Below are positions 12,936 to 26,170 of a stretch of 64,000 nt of DNA, piece by piece. The stretch covers positions 1,488,001-1,552,000 of the forward strand of contig NC_043008.1 in the NCBI RefSeq assembly GCF_006345805.1. The letters are read 5' to 3'. The stretch is from Octopus sinensis (Eukaryota). The stretch's first letter is position 1; every line of letters starts with the position of its first letter. A program made the position numbers and the translations under genes. Under the pieces are notes generated by a model. The model did not search any database. It was not told the DNA's origin and was given only the letters and a program-made list of their open reading frames with translations.

Positions 12936-14388
12936 CGTACGAGAAACATTGTAACAACATTACTTAATCTATGACATGTGAAGGCGATTCTTAAAATGGA
13001 AGGAATAAAAACAGATATGTATTATTTTTAAGCAAAGCTGACGATTTCAAATGCGATTTGAAGCAATCGCACGTGCAAAGCATTAGCAGCTGTTGCTACA
13101 AACTGCATACAGTTTACACAAGTTCAATCGGTCACGAATCTCCATCCACAGTTTTTCCTGTGGGCTTTCAAAACTGTATGAGGGTAATCGTGAAGATATT
13201 TTCATTTCCCTAGTCTTCCCAGAAACCCATTGAAAAAATCGAGAAACCGACCCCTTATGCCCCTAAGTTATGGGCATATCCATTCAAAATCGCTAAAACA
13301 CCAATTTGTATGCGGTGCGTGCGCACAGCTAGATACGCCAATACACTGCCAGCTGTTTTTTAATTGGACTGACATAATTTTACACTTGACAGTTGAATGC
13401 GCGTGCGCATTTGCAGACGGTCTGTATGACTCAGCGCATTTTTGCGTTTTGCGAAGACGCGTTATCATGTGAGTTGGCTTTCAAACGTGCGCGCTTTTTT
13501 TGATTTGAGAAATGCAAGGAATAATTAACGAGTTAGACGAAGTGAATGACAAGAGATCGGGATTTTCATGAAAGACCAAATATGCTTGATATGCTAACAT
13601 TCCTTAAGTATGCGATAAAAGATTTTGAGCCTATTCAATGAATTTACTTAGGAGGGGCTTTACTTTTATGCTTTCAGTTGATTTAAGTTAACCAGCGAGA
13701 TAACCCAGGATGTTTTATTCTAGTAGGATTAAAAATGAAAAATTTCTAAGTTGACACCCCGCCACAAGGGATTTTCATGATAAAAACACTTTTACTTGTT
13801 TGCATTCATCCTCAGATCGAATCATTTGCTACCCACTCAGTAGGGTCATAGGGTTATCAGGGTGATCCTTTTGGTGCAAGAAATCTTAATTCGATTCGAG
13901 TCTACCAAAATTGCCAATCAATCAGTGGAAAATCAATAAAACTATTCCTTGTGGGTTTCCACATTTGAATTGACTGCAAACTTTTCTTTAAGCCCTAAGT
14001 TGAGGTTCGATTGATGTAAGATACAAAGATTTTCTTAAGTGAAACTTCATGCTTTTCTATTTTGAGATACGAGTGAGAATTGAGATGCTAATTAATTTCC
14101 AGTCACATTTTCCTGCTCGCTAGGAAATTTGAAAACTTTGTCAGCCCTGATTATTCATTTCATTTTGTTGGTGAAGGTTTGCTTTCCTGGTGGTCTTTAT
14201 CGATTTTCTAACATGCGCCACCTTCATCTTCAGCAAACCCGCCAAATTTTCGATAATTAATTAACCAGTGCAGCTGCACCTCTGGGTGGGCTCACAATCT
14301 GCAGAGGCTCAGTCAAACGCATTAAAAAACATATGCGATAGAAAGGTGAACATAATTTCGAAAACAAAGAAGATGATTTTGCACAAAA

Positions 14389-14427
14389 CTAGCACTATGA
14401 CCCGGCGTAGCCAGGTCATAGTGCTAG
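14389..14427. repeat. Palindrome resembling a Helitron 3' terminus
   Basis: CTAGCACTATGACC/GGTCATAGTGCTAG perfect 14-bp stem with an inner GGC/GCC pairing; minus strand reads ACGCCGGGTCATAGTGCTAGT, similar to 4400-4420. Confidence 0.7.
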
Positions 14428-14492
14428 AATATATATCTATATACACACACACATATATACGTACGCACACACGCACACACGCACATACATAC

Positions 14493-14527
<35 letters not shown>

Positions 14528-14873
14528 TTGCCATCAAGATGTAGGACAAGATATTGTGATAGCCTGGGCTTCAGAGGCCCACAGCTCTTCAATATCCTCC
14601 CGAAGAACCTGAGGGACCTGCATGGTGTGGATGCGGATGTCTTTAAAGTAGGACTGGATCTCTTCCTGTCAGGTGTCCCGGATGAACCAACTTCACGGCA
14701 GGAGGTGCAGATGAGGGCAGCTGCATCGAACTCTCTCATGCATCAGATGGCGTTTGCTAAAAAGCATCCGTGAGGTAAAATCGTGTGGCAAACCAAATGG
14801 CGGTGCCCCAGCATGGCCACAGCTCATTAGCTGAAACTAGAAAAATCGAAATCAAATCAAAATCAAAATCAAA
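14528..14873 (+). mobile_element. 5'-truncated LINE 3' end (CR1/L2/Jockey-group-like ORF2 C-terminus plus 3' UTR)
   Basis: Translation RGPQLFNILPKNLRDLHGVDADVFKVGLDLFLSGVPDEP...NSL resembles the C-terminus of APE-type LINE ORF2; stop at 14771-14773; tail of AAATC-like repeats. Confidence 0.75.
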
Positions 14874-16939
14874 TATATGTATGTATGTACGTATGTTTAT
14901 ATATGTATGAGTCAGTGAACAAATATCTGTATTGTAATTTATAACATAATTATATTGCCTTCTCCATTTTCTTTATATTTGTACATGGACACAACACTAA
15001 GGTATAGTTCTTATTTCACGGAAAACAATTCTCTACGATTCTGAAGTATGGCCAAATGATTATACCGTCATGTACAGTATTAACCAATGTTTTATTTGTG
15101 TGTGTGTGTTTTTTGTATAATAACTGAGAGCTCTAAACTATAGAAAGAAGAAGGCAGGAACATAAACAATACGATTTCTTTGAAATTTTTAGTCGCCTAC
15201 ACATTCCCAGAATATCTTTACTACTTCACCTGGAGATGAATCAAATGCGAAATAAATGACTGTTAAATAATATATCTTAGTATTACTATTAAAAACCACA
15301 TAAAATGACTTTTTGTAATTTTGTTTCAGCAAGTATGATTCGTATCCGAAAATTGGTCTTAGGAAGAGAAACCAATAATTTATTTCTTATTTGAAACTCG
15401 ATAAAGAATTATTCACAATTTATGGAAATGACAATTTCGCAAGTCTTAGCTTTATATTGAAGCAAACATAATTTTTTTTCGTCTTTAGATATACATATTA
15501 TTTTGGCGAATGTAAATGGCATTGTACTTCTTTCTTAACCTATGTAAGCTTAAACTTTTGCAAGAGCAACAGATATAAGATATAAGGTTTATTCAGTATT
15601 TCATCACACGTGTGTTTAGTTCTGACATTGATTCATAACTCATTTCTGAAACTTAGAATATCATATTAGAAAGTAAGTTATGTGTGTTCATTAGTTTGTA
15701 ATTGCTTCCCATAATATATTTCTTTCAAATCTCAAGACATTAATATTAACACGTTGCAAAATAATTATAATCAGTAAGATTATGGTTCTTTACAGTGTGA
15801 ATAACATTTTTTAATGCCGTACTGGTTTTGTTAGGAAAGCTGAAAAGGTTCATCTAAGTGCATATCATGTGGAATAAACGGAGATGCATCAGAAATAAGT
15901 TACATTTCTACTTTGCCTTTGATGTCGATGGTTCAAATGTTACTATTTGATCCGTTAATTGTCAGTATACAGAGGAATATAACCACGTCATTGAGGGGAT
16001 TATTATCAATTTCTCCAGAATAATATCGTTAAGAACAAAAACGTTTAATTGGCAATTTATAGGACCTTCCTCTCCATTGTCGAAGAACTGCCGGAATATT
16101 AGTAGAATCTAGTGAATATTGATCAAAGTATTGTATCATAAAATGTTACTGCGGGATATAAAATGAACTTTTATCTCATTATCATATAACCAATATTCCT
16201 CTTATTTCCAGATTCACCAAGGAATATTTTACTGTTCACTACATTGATTTAATGATTAGCCCATGCTATAAAAACAATTCAATATAAAAAATAACAGATG
16301 ACACAAGGTGCAGTCGTATAGTGAGTAGAAATAAAAGGCATGCGAGTAATATCAAATGTAATTGTTCATATTTATCGTGAAGTGGACATCACCAAAACCA
16401 AAATATTTCATAGGAATTTACGACGTTCGTTATCGTGTGAATGTTCTCTAAACGAAAGTCACATACGTATGTAATTGTACATTTTCCCATATGTAGAACT
16501 TCGAGTATAAACACTGCTTTTTGAATAAAGATCATTTCAAGCAAGCAATTCTTCTGTGGCTTGAGGTACACACATAAGAGCCACATAAAGAGAGCATTTC
16601 TATTTTGCCGTGTGCTGATATTGTAACAATATCTACTTAACTAACAAATGCTGATGTTACAACAATCTCTAATTATCTGTTAAACCACTCAGAAATCCGT
16701 CCATGTTTGAATCTACTTAATCGTTTATCCACCACACTAGTCCGTCAGCCAGTGAGTCATGAGAAGTTTGCTTCCCAGCAAATATTTCTTCCGGTTTCAA
16801 TTCCTCTGCGTGTCAGTCTCAGCTAATGAGTTCTACTACAGACTCCAGCCAACCAAATCCTTGTTAATGGGTTTGGTAGACAGAAAATGAGAGAAATACG
16901 TCGCATATATTATTGAATACCAATATGTGTGTCAGTTTT

Positions 16940-17140
16940 TCATCGGTGTCCCCCCTCTCACCTCTTAGAACTAGTGTTGGTGTGTTTAAGTCTCCCAAGA
17001 TTATGGGCTCGGCAAAAGAAACCGACAGACTAATTAGCAGGTTTTACACAAAATAGGAACTAGAATCGATGCATTTCACTAAAATTCTTCAAGCCGACGT
17101 CACAGCATTGCCATAGACTAATGATTGAAAGAGTAAAAAA
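16940..17140 (+). mobile_element. Old 3' half of the composite SINE
   Basis: GGTGTGTTTAAGTCTCCC...CTCGGCAAAAGAAACCGACAGACTAATTAG aligns with 44030-44211. Confidence 0.65.
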
Positions 17141-17205
17141 ATATATATACGCACACATGCGCGCACACACACACACACACCCACACACACACACACTCAC
17201 ACATC

Positions 17206-17260
<55 letters not shown>

Positions 17261-17261
<1 letters not shown>

Positions 17262-17395
17262 GAGCACTACATCGGTTACGACGGTGAGGGTCCCAGCTGC
17301 TGCGATCAACGGAACAGCTTCTTTGTGAAATTAACGGGCAAGTGTTTGAGCACTCCACAGACCGGTGTACACATAACGTAGTCCTCGGGGAGATT
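17261..17395 (-). mobile_element. 3' fragment of another SINE family
   Basis: GGTTACGACGGTGAGGGTCCCAG...GATCAACGGAACAGC...GTGAAATTAACGGGCAAGTG...GAGCACTCCACAGAC resembles an abundant octopus interspersed repeat (from recall; no second copy in the window). Confidence 0.5.
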
Positions 17396-17942
17396 TGTAA
17401 GTTTCATGTATATATTTTCATGCATATACTTGCATATCTACACATGCTCATATATATTTAAATGATAATCTTCTAAAAAGTTTTACTGATTTTTTTCAGT
17501 TCCAATGAAGGATTAGAACTGTCGACTTTCTGGTTTTGAGACGCCTAATTTCTGAAGATTGATATTTAGGCAGAGTGTTACATATTCCAGAGTACCAATA
17601 ATTACAGGTATAAACCTGAACTCGTAATCTGGATGGAGTAACTTTAGATTTCCCAATAGTTCAGTATTGGTGTTCTATTTTTCACTGCTGTATGTATATA
17701 TGTATGTATGTATTAATATGTATAGATTTGTTTTGCTTTATTTTTTTTTATGTATGTTTTCATGTATATAGAAGCAACTCTTGACATGTCCATATATATT
17801 TAAATAATAAACTTCTGACTAACTTCCAAAGATTTGCACTTATATGTATATATATATATATATTTGTACATATATATATGTATATGTGTGTGTACGTATT
17901 TATATATATATATATATATAATATATGTGTGTGTGTGTGTGT

Positions 17943-17978
<36 letters not shown>

Positions 17979-17981
17979 TGT

Positions 17982-18268
17982 GTGAAAGCGCATGGCCCAT
18001 AGGCTTCGGTATTGCTCTCAGAGTTGCAAGATCGTGGGTTCGATTCCTACACTGGGGGTTGCTTTTGGTCTAGAGCAAAGCACATCAATTAAGGGTTCTC
18101 TGCGATCACTTCGTCATCTGATATGTGGCATCCATTGTACCTGTACAGTAATATGGATTTGATGCAGGGAGTGATCTTATGGGGAACACAAATATTTGAT
18201 CACTATGAACATATCATCTGTGTGAATTGCCGAATCCTCATACGTCGTCAACGACGGGAGAGTTCATC
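17982..18268 (+). mobile_element. tRNA-derived SINE, diverged (copy 1 of the duplication)
   Basis: B-box GGGTTCGATTCC after a degenerate A-box, then a CORE-like segment GGTCTAGAGCAAAGCACATC. Confidence 0.65.
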
Positions 18269-18481
18269 AAATGTATGTATGTTATATATATATACATACT
18301 TACATGCATACATACACATGTGTATGTATGTGTGTGTCTTGGGTGTGTATATATGTGTGTGTATGCATGTATGTATTTTTATTACCGATCTATACTCAGC
18401 CAACACGCCACTCTGAAACTACGTATATATGGGATTTGTCTTGCAAACCTATATATCTAATATATCTATGCATCTATATAT

Positions 18482-18514
<33 letters not shown>

Positions 18515-18990
18515 TATACACAACCATATATATATATATATACATATATATACATACATACATATATATACATACATACACACATACATATATATATATA
18601 TACATATATATACATACATACACACACACACATTTTGTGTGTGTTTGTGTGTTGTAGGTGTGCATGTGTGCGATTAAGTATGTATGAATACATGTGGTTC
18701 AATAATTATAGCAGTTTAAAAGCGTAATACGTAACGTGATCAAGAGTAATATGTGGATAAATACTCCTACAGGGAAATATAAGAGAAAACAAAAGGCGAC
18801 TATATTGTTCGAAATAGATTTCTTACAGTTTCAGCGCATCTTAAGACAGCTTGATAAAGTCACAAGCAACGTTTCAGAGGAAAATAAACAAATATATAAA
18901 GTCATTTCGGATTACGATGATTACAAATCTTAGCTGGTGAGTCACGAACGAATGTTATTCCTCACCTACATATATTTGCATGACTGCGTG

Positions 18991-19060
<70 letters not shown>

Positions 19061-19227
19061 ATATATATATATATATGCATATACATATACTGCATAATAC
19101 ATGTTCTAAAAAAGGCTTCATATATATTCATCCATTTGAGGAAAATAGAATAATGCAGACGCAGACTCTCTCTCCCCACATACCACACCTATACACAAAA
19201 TATACGTTTGACATTTACGTGTATATG

Positions 19228-19290
<63 letters not shown>

Positions 19291-19297
19291 TGCTTGT

Positions 19298-19586
19298 GTG
19301 AAAGCGCATGGCCCATAGGCTTCGGTATTGCTCTCAGAGTTGCAAGATCGTGGGTTCGATTCCTACACTGGGGGTTGCTTTTGGTCTAGAGCAAAGCACA
19401 TCAATTAAGGGTTCTCTGCGATCACTTCGTCATCTGATATGTGGCATCCATTGTACCTGTACAGGTAATATGGATTTGATGCAGGGAGTGATCTTATGGG
19501 GAACACAAATATTTGATCACTATGAACATATCATCTGTGTGAATTGCCGAATCCTCATACGTCGTCTAACGACGGGAGAGTTCATC
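19298..19586 (+). mobile_element. tRNA-derived SINE, diverged (copy 2 of the duplication)
   Basis: Same sequence as 17982-18268. Confidence 0.65.
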
Positions 19587-19801
19587 AAATGTATGTATGT
19601 TATATATATATACATACTTACATGCATACATACACATGTGTATGTATGTGTGTCTTGTGTGTGTATATATGTGTGTGTATGCATGTATGTATTTTTATTA
19701 CCGATCTATACTCAGCCAACACGCCACTCTGAAACATACGTATATATGGGCTATTTGTCTTGCAAACCTATATATCTATATATCTATGCATCTATATATA
19801 T

Positions 19802-19834
<33 letters not shown>

Positions 19835-20315
19835 TATACACAACCATATATATATATATACATATATATACATACATACTAATATACATACATACACACA
19901 TACATATATATATATATACTATATATACATACATACACACACACACATTTTGTGTGTGTTTGTGTGTTGTAGGTGTGCATGTGTGCGATTAAGTATGTAT
20001 GAATCATGTGGTTCAATAATTATAGCATTTTAAAGCGTAATACGTAACGTGATCAAGAGTAATATGTGGATAAATACTCCTACAGGGAAATATAAGAGAA
20101 AACAAAAGGCGACTATATTGTTCGAAATAGATTTCTTACAGTTTCAGCGCATCTTAAGACAGCTTGATAAAGTCACAAGCAACGTTTCAGAGGAAAATAA
20201 ACAAATAATATAAAGTCATTTCGGATTACGTATGATTACACATCTTAGCTGGTGAGTCACGAACGAATGTTATTCCTCACCTACATATATTTGCATGACT
20301 GCGTGTATAATATAT

Positions 20316-20391
<76 letters not shown>

Positions 20392-20559
20392 TATACATAT
20401 ACTGCATAATACATGTTCTAAAAAAGGCTTCATATATATTCATCCATTGAGGAAAATAGAATAATGCAGACGCAGACTCTCTCTCCCCACATACACACAC
20501 CTATACACACAAATATACGTTTGACATTTACGTGTATATGTATATATATATATATATAT

Positions 20560-20561
20560 AT

Positions 20562-20593
<32 letters not shown>

Positions 20594-20645
20594 CATATAT
20601 ATTTATGTATATATTATATATATATATATATATGACTACATGCAC

Positions 20646-20686
<41 letters not shown>

Positions 20687-20761
20687 AATATATATGTATA
20701 TATATATATATACATATATATTTATGTATATATATATATATATATATATGACTACATGCAC

Positions 20762-20803
<42 letters not shown>

Positions 20804-20885
20804 TATATATAATATATATATATACATATATATTTTTGTATATATATATATATTATATATATGCAAATATATATATTATATATAC
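20560..20885. repeat. (AT)n complex with a repeated GACTACATGCACATATATAC unit
   Basis: Unit seen near 20633 and 20749. Confidence 0.9.
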
Positions 20886-21574
20886 ACGTACGTACTTTGT
20901 GAGTGTTTTGTAATATGCATGTGTCTATATATCTATATATCCGTTTGTATCTAACCATCTATCATCACACAAACACAAACGCACACACACACACATATTA
21001 GTGTAATGTCTCATCATTAGTTAAAATATATACTATTCACAAACTTTATTGCTGTCAAAATAGTTTAAATCGAATAATACGTGTTTTCAACATTACGTAT
21101 AATGATGTAATCTGCAGAACACATATCAATGCATATCTAGATAAGAAAATGTAGGTCAAACAAAATGATAAACCATTATAAAAATATTGATATATATGGC
21201 ATCTTCAAATTGACGTAAATTTGCCTCAAGAATTTTGAAATTAACAAAATATAATGGTAAGAAATATCACTGTACATCAGAATGTATAACTCTATATACA
21301 TAATACTTTCTTTTGCTGATGCAAGTAATAAAGACAGAAGAAGACATAGTAAATAATGGCATTAGTAGATAATATTTAGAAAAGAATCTTTTATTTTATT
21401 CACATAGCTATAATTGGAAATGTAAGCAAATTTTATTGTGCATTGTATTCGATTGAATTACCGAATGCAACTTGAATGCATGTATATTTTAATCAAATGT
21501 GTCATATTGTTTATTTAGCTAAGCTTTTGATATATTCCTGGTAAATGCGAATCTTGCTGCCATCGTTTGTTTTG

Positions 21575-21636
21575 TTGTTATAGTCAATTATTATTATCAT
21601 TATTGTTATTGTTGTTATTATTATTAATCATTATTG

Positions 21637-21705
<69 letters not shown>

Positions 21706-21724
21706 CATTATTATTATTATTATG
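21575..21724. repeat. (TTA)n/(TTG)n microsatellite
   Basis: Directly visible; abuts the 3' end of the minus-strand Dong-like LINE. Confidence 0.95.
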
Positions 21725-22025
21725 TATATCAAAACTCACAGATTATTTTACTGGGTATGATGGAAAGTGTCGGCTCTCCACAGCCAGCAGACTAAGGTGA
21801 TACTTGTTTGTAGGTCTCGTTTCAAGAAACCTCCGAAGAATTCTTGCAGTTCCAAACAAAGCAAATTTTCGTAGGTGTTCTACAATCACACTTGCCCGAA
21901 TCTTATTCCACCATGTTGATAGTTGAGAGCTGATAATTCCAGGTGAACCATTTACTATTGATATCACGTCAACTCTCCTCGTTGACCACAACCTTCGTAT
22001 TTCCCACTTTAAGTCGACATAGGGT
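21725..22025 (-). mobile_element. R4/Dong-type non-LTR retrotransposon, 3' end
   Basis: LKWEIRRLWSTRRVDVISIVNGSPG...LRKFALFGTARILRRFL matches the end of the restriction-like endonuclease domain; 3' UTR runs into (TAA)n. Confidence 0.85.
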
Positions 22026-22206
22026 TATATATATATATATATATATATTTATTTTAAAGGGCTAAAAACCACTAGGTGGTCAGCCGTATGCTAGAAATAT
22101 ATCACCTACGATCAAACTACAAAGAAAAGAATGTTCTCTAGATGAAAATTCAGAGGACAGCAGAACAATATGCGGGCAAGACAGATGAAAATTATATAAA
22201 AAACCA

Positions 22207-22259
<53 letters not shown>

Positions 22260-22261
22260 AT

Positions 22262-22425
22262 ACGACGGGATTCTTGCGGTTTCCGTCTACCAAATCCACT
22301 CACAAGGCTTTGGTCGCACAAAGGCTATACGACACTTGCCCAAGGTGCCTCGCAATGGGACTGAACCCGGACCAATGTCGTTGGTAAGCAAGCAACTTAC
22401 TACACACTAGCCACTGCTGCGCCTG
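22262..22425 (-). mobile_element. 5' half of the composite tRNA/CORE SINE, inserted in the LINE
   Basis: Reverse complement gives GGCGCAGCAGTGGCT...GGGTTCAGTCCCATTGCGAGGCACCTTGGGCAAGTG...GGTAGACGGAAACC, then (AT)n. Confidence 0.85.
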
Positions 22426-22429
22426 TTTT

Positions 22430-23300
22430 TATCTTTTCTTCTGCGCCTATAGTTGTTTATATTTCCTTCTCCTTTCTCATTAATCCTGTTCTTACAGGAG
22501 CATGATATGTCGAATATTATGAATGCACTTTCTTTTTTATTCACCACGCCGTCCGTTTCCTATATCTGGTCAGGTGATCCCACTGAACTAATGCTTCCCA
22601 CATGATTCTGCGATTCTTATTCTCCGTGACTCCTTCAGGTATTTGATCACATCACGTCTTTGCTCTGCGTACGGCATGAATCCTACAGAGCACCCAATTT
22701 CGGCCATTTGCTAACGATGTGTCATACCGTTTCACTCTGCTCACCACACATTCGCCATTTGTTGCTGTCGGTAGTGTTGTCTATTCGGCACTTCACATCG
22801 TTGGTCCTTAATGCTTGTTCTTAAGCTGCTCATAAGAATGCTTCACTCTCTATCACCAGATCAGTCTTCTTCGTCATAGCCACCGGTCCACTGCATCCGT
22901 CTTGGCGTTCGCCTCACTTCAAAACTACCCGTAATTTGTTTCTACTCCCATGTTATTTATTTCGGTGTTCATTTCTCTTAAAGTTTTTCTTGCATTACAC
23001 AATTCTCAGATTTGGTGACGCCGGCCTCCTTCGTATGTTTCAACAATAGCTCCATGACATTTTTTATACCACACTAACGTGGTTTCCTCTACTTCGATTC
23101 TGTCCTGGCAACTGGTCAAACGTTTCCCACTCTTTCTTCTGGACAAGTACAGTCTATCGGTGTCATTCTCAGAGTGGAAGGCTCCGTGTACTGTGAGCAT
23201 TTTACTTGTCTTTCTACCCATTTTTCTCACTTGTCTTTTTTGATATGTTATAATTACGGCGCCATACACTAGTGATAATCTACTTGGATTTTCTTCCATC
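22430..23300 (-). mobile_element. R4/Dong-type LINE, post-RT region through zinc knuckle and endonuclease (frameshifted)
   Basis: YGAVIITYQKRQVRKMGRKTSKMLTVHGAFHSENDTDRLYLSRRKSGKRL, then PEGVTENKNRRIMW and VVNKKESAFIIFDISCS; continues into 21725-22025. Confidence 0.85.
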
Positions 23301-23307
23301 CGTCCAA

Positions 23308-23347
23308 TTGCCTTTCATCCTTCAGGATTGATAAAATAAATACCAAT
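23308..23347 (+). mobile_element. Meta-domain SINE fragment
   Basis: GCCTTTCATCCTTCAGGATTGATAAAATAAATACCA matches the central domain of the SINE at 32590-32823. Confidence 0.55.
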
Positions 23348-24279
23348 CAGCATACACCCACCCTACACTACTTCATGCTTTCTTTTACCTATAGTTGATA
23401 TGATTATCATTATTATTTAGTGCTACTGCTACTTCTGCCGCTGGTTCTGTTGCTACGGTTGTATAAATCTCGCAAAGGATCGTCGGTTATGATGTTGTTG
23501 TATAGGCATTATGATGTGTTCAGGGTAAGTTCACTTTGAATTTTCCTAAAGAGCTGAAACGTTTGCTTGAGAAGGCAGCTCTGCTCTAAATAACTAGAAA
23601 TCTGAGTATTCTATTAAGATCTTGAAAATTTTGCAAGATTTTGTTCATTCAGTTTTCGCCTTTTTGCTTTGTTTGGAGCACAGAATTCAAATCATTGCTG
23701 GCACTTCTTGTACATTCCTGCCAAACACGACAGCGAAGATCTGTGTATTTTCAAGGGATCTTCCTTTATTTTTCGTACACTATTGCAATGGCGTTTGGGA
23801 ACTGCAAAGCCAATGCAAAAATAAATACCACATAGGAAATATGACACAGCTATTTCTACTTCAGTTTAGAGAATACTAGCGTCTGTAAAGCTGGAATATT
23901 CGATGCGAAAATAAATATATTTGCCTGGGGATACCCTTCCTTATGCGAACTGAGATATCACAATAATATTTTGCGGTGATGGGGAAATAAAGGAGATAAG
24001 AAAAAGGTATGAAGCAATAGCGTGGCAAAAAGACAAATATATTAATTGTCGGTGCATTTGTGACAGGTTCAGAGACACATTGTCATACATTAATGTAATA
24101 AAATAATGTTAATGAATAGTCCATAGAAGTGTTATTAATGTATTTGGTAGCTTATAGCAAACAACACACAACTGAAAATACTGATAAATATAATGTGTGA
24201 TTTTCAATAGTGTATGTGACATTTCAATGAACGTATTGTATTTTATGAATACATACGTAAGCACAACCCCCCACCACAG

Positions 24280-24500
<221 letters not shown>

Positions 24501-26099
24501 ATTCAATGTCCTTTTGGTTTCTGGCTCTGAAACATTGATTTTTTTTCCAAACAAATACATTTGTTAATTACTTTTATTACGTTGGCCAATGAAAAGAGTA
24601 AATAAATACTAACGGAAATAAGCTCGTCTCTTTCGGACACCGTCATGTTTTATAAGGAAGCGGTATAATTATGTTGATACGGTGTGTATACAAGCGGTTA
24701 ACAAAATCCCGAATGTATAGATATGTGCGTCTGGATGATTGCACATATGATTCGATTGATATATGTTACATTGCATATTAAGGCTGAAGTATAAGGACAA
24801 TGCCTCAAAATAATATCTAAGTATAAAGAACATGTCTGAAATACTAAAAATGTTTGAGATCCTTGATAACGTGTGCATTCCCACGTCTGTTAGTCCATCT
24901 ACAAAAAGTATTGCTTCATGAACATAAATGATATCATTTGTATCATATAAAACTGATACTTATTTTGCAATGCGGAGTTATTGTAGGTCATTTCGGATCA
25001 ACCATACGTATAACACATATTGCTATCGACAATGACATGCAAATTTGAAAGAAGCTACATTTGAAGTCTGAAAGTAAATGATCATTATACACTTTATACG
25101 ATATCATTATCTGTCGAATTTTTCTATTTATTATAAAGTCACTCTTCATACATTCTCAATAATATTATTATAGAAACTATATCTTTTACTAAGAATGATG
25201 TTATTGAAAATGCTAAAGCCTTGCTGAGTTGCTTTACCAGTAACCACATAAGGAGCAATTAATTCAAGCAAAACACAGGCTCCAGTTTAAAAGAAAAAAA
25301 TTAACGAAATAGATGTGAGTTTTAAAAAATACTGACTAGTAATAATTTCACCAAATTTGTCACCGTTGTGATGGACGGCGACGTAAAATAAACTGGATGG
25401 TATCGTAGTGAACATAGATACAAACCAATTTGTTATAAACAGATTCCATGGCACTACACATAATCTCGTGCTAATCAATATAATATACGCAGAGCGCCAC
25501 TTCCACAAAATAATATTGAAGCTCCGTAACATCGCATCTATCTACACTATTTAAAAGTCATGAAAAAGCTACGGTAATCTTAATGATTTATATTATATTT
25601 ATTATCACTCGATTATTAGCTTGATATGGTTAATGCTTCGCAAACATTCTACAATACAAGTACGTATAAACAAACAAAACTACAAATAATTGCAATTAAT
25701 TTTGAAATGCAATAAAAGTCATTAAAACATAGGAACGTTAAACGAAATATACTAACAAGCAAAGAGCTTTAAATGGAATCAGCAATTTGCAATAACAATA
25801 AGTTCAATGAATGGAAAATGGATGTAAATTTAACGATGTAAATGTAACAACAGACAAAAAAAAAAGAAAAGAAGAAAGAAGCTAAAGCAATACAGAAGAG
25901 AAATAAGTCGGTAGGAAATAGAAAAATACATTTTAATTAAGTAGGTTTCCATGACAAAGAGTCGTTTATTCGCTAGGAATCATTTGCTAACACATCGTTT
26001 GAAGCTCTTTGATCGTTAATTGCAAACCCAACATGTATGTGTGTATGTGCGCGTATACATATATACATATATACACATATATACTCAGAGAGCGCGACG

Positions 26100-26102
26100 G
26101 AC

Positions 26103-26154
<52 letters not shown>

Positions 26155-26170
26155 GAGAGCACGAGAGAGA
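26100..26170. repeat. (AG)n microsatellite
   Basis: Directly visible. Confidence 0.9.

Larger units (their letters stand above)
17921..20560. repeat. About 1.31 kb direct tandem duplication (two copies)
   Basis: GCTTGTGTGAAAGCGC at 17976 and 19292 (offset 1316); TTTGACATTTACG at 19207 and 20520 (offset 1313); near-identical throughout. Confidence 0.97.

Noticed and set aside
19308-20033. 241-codon ORF, the longest in the window
   Set aside because: It spans a SINE and microsatellites, and is broken in the duplicate copy by 1-nt indels.
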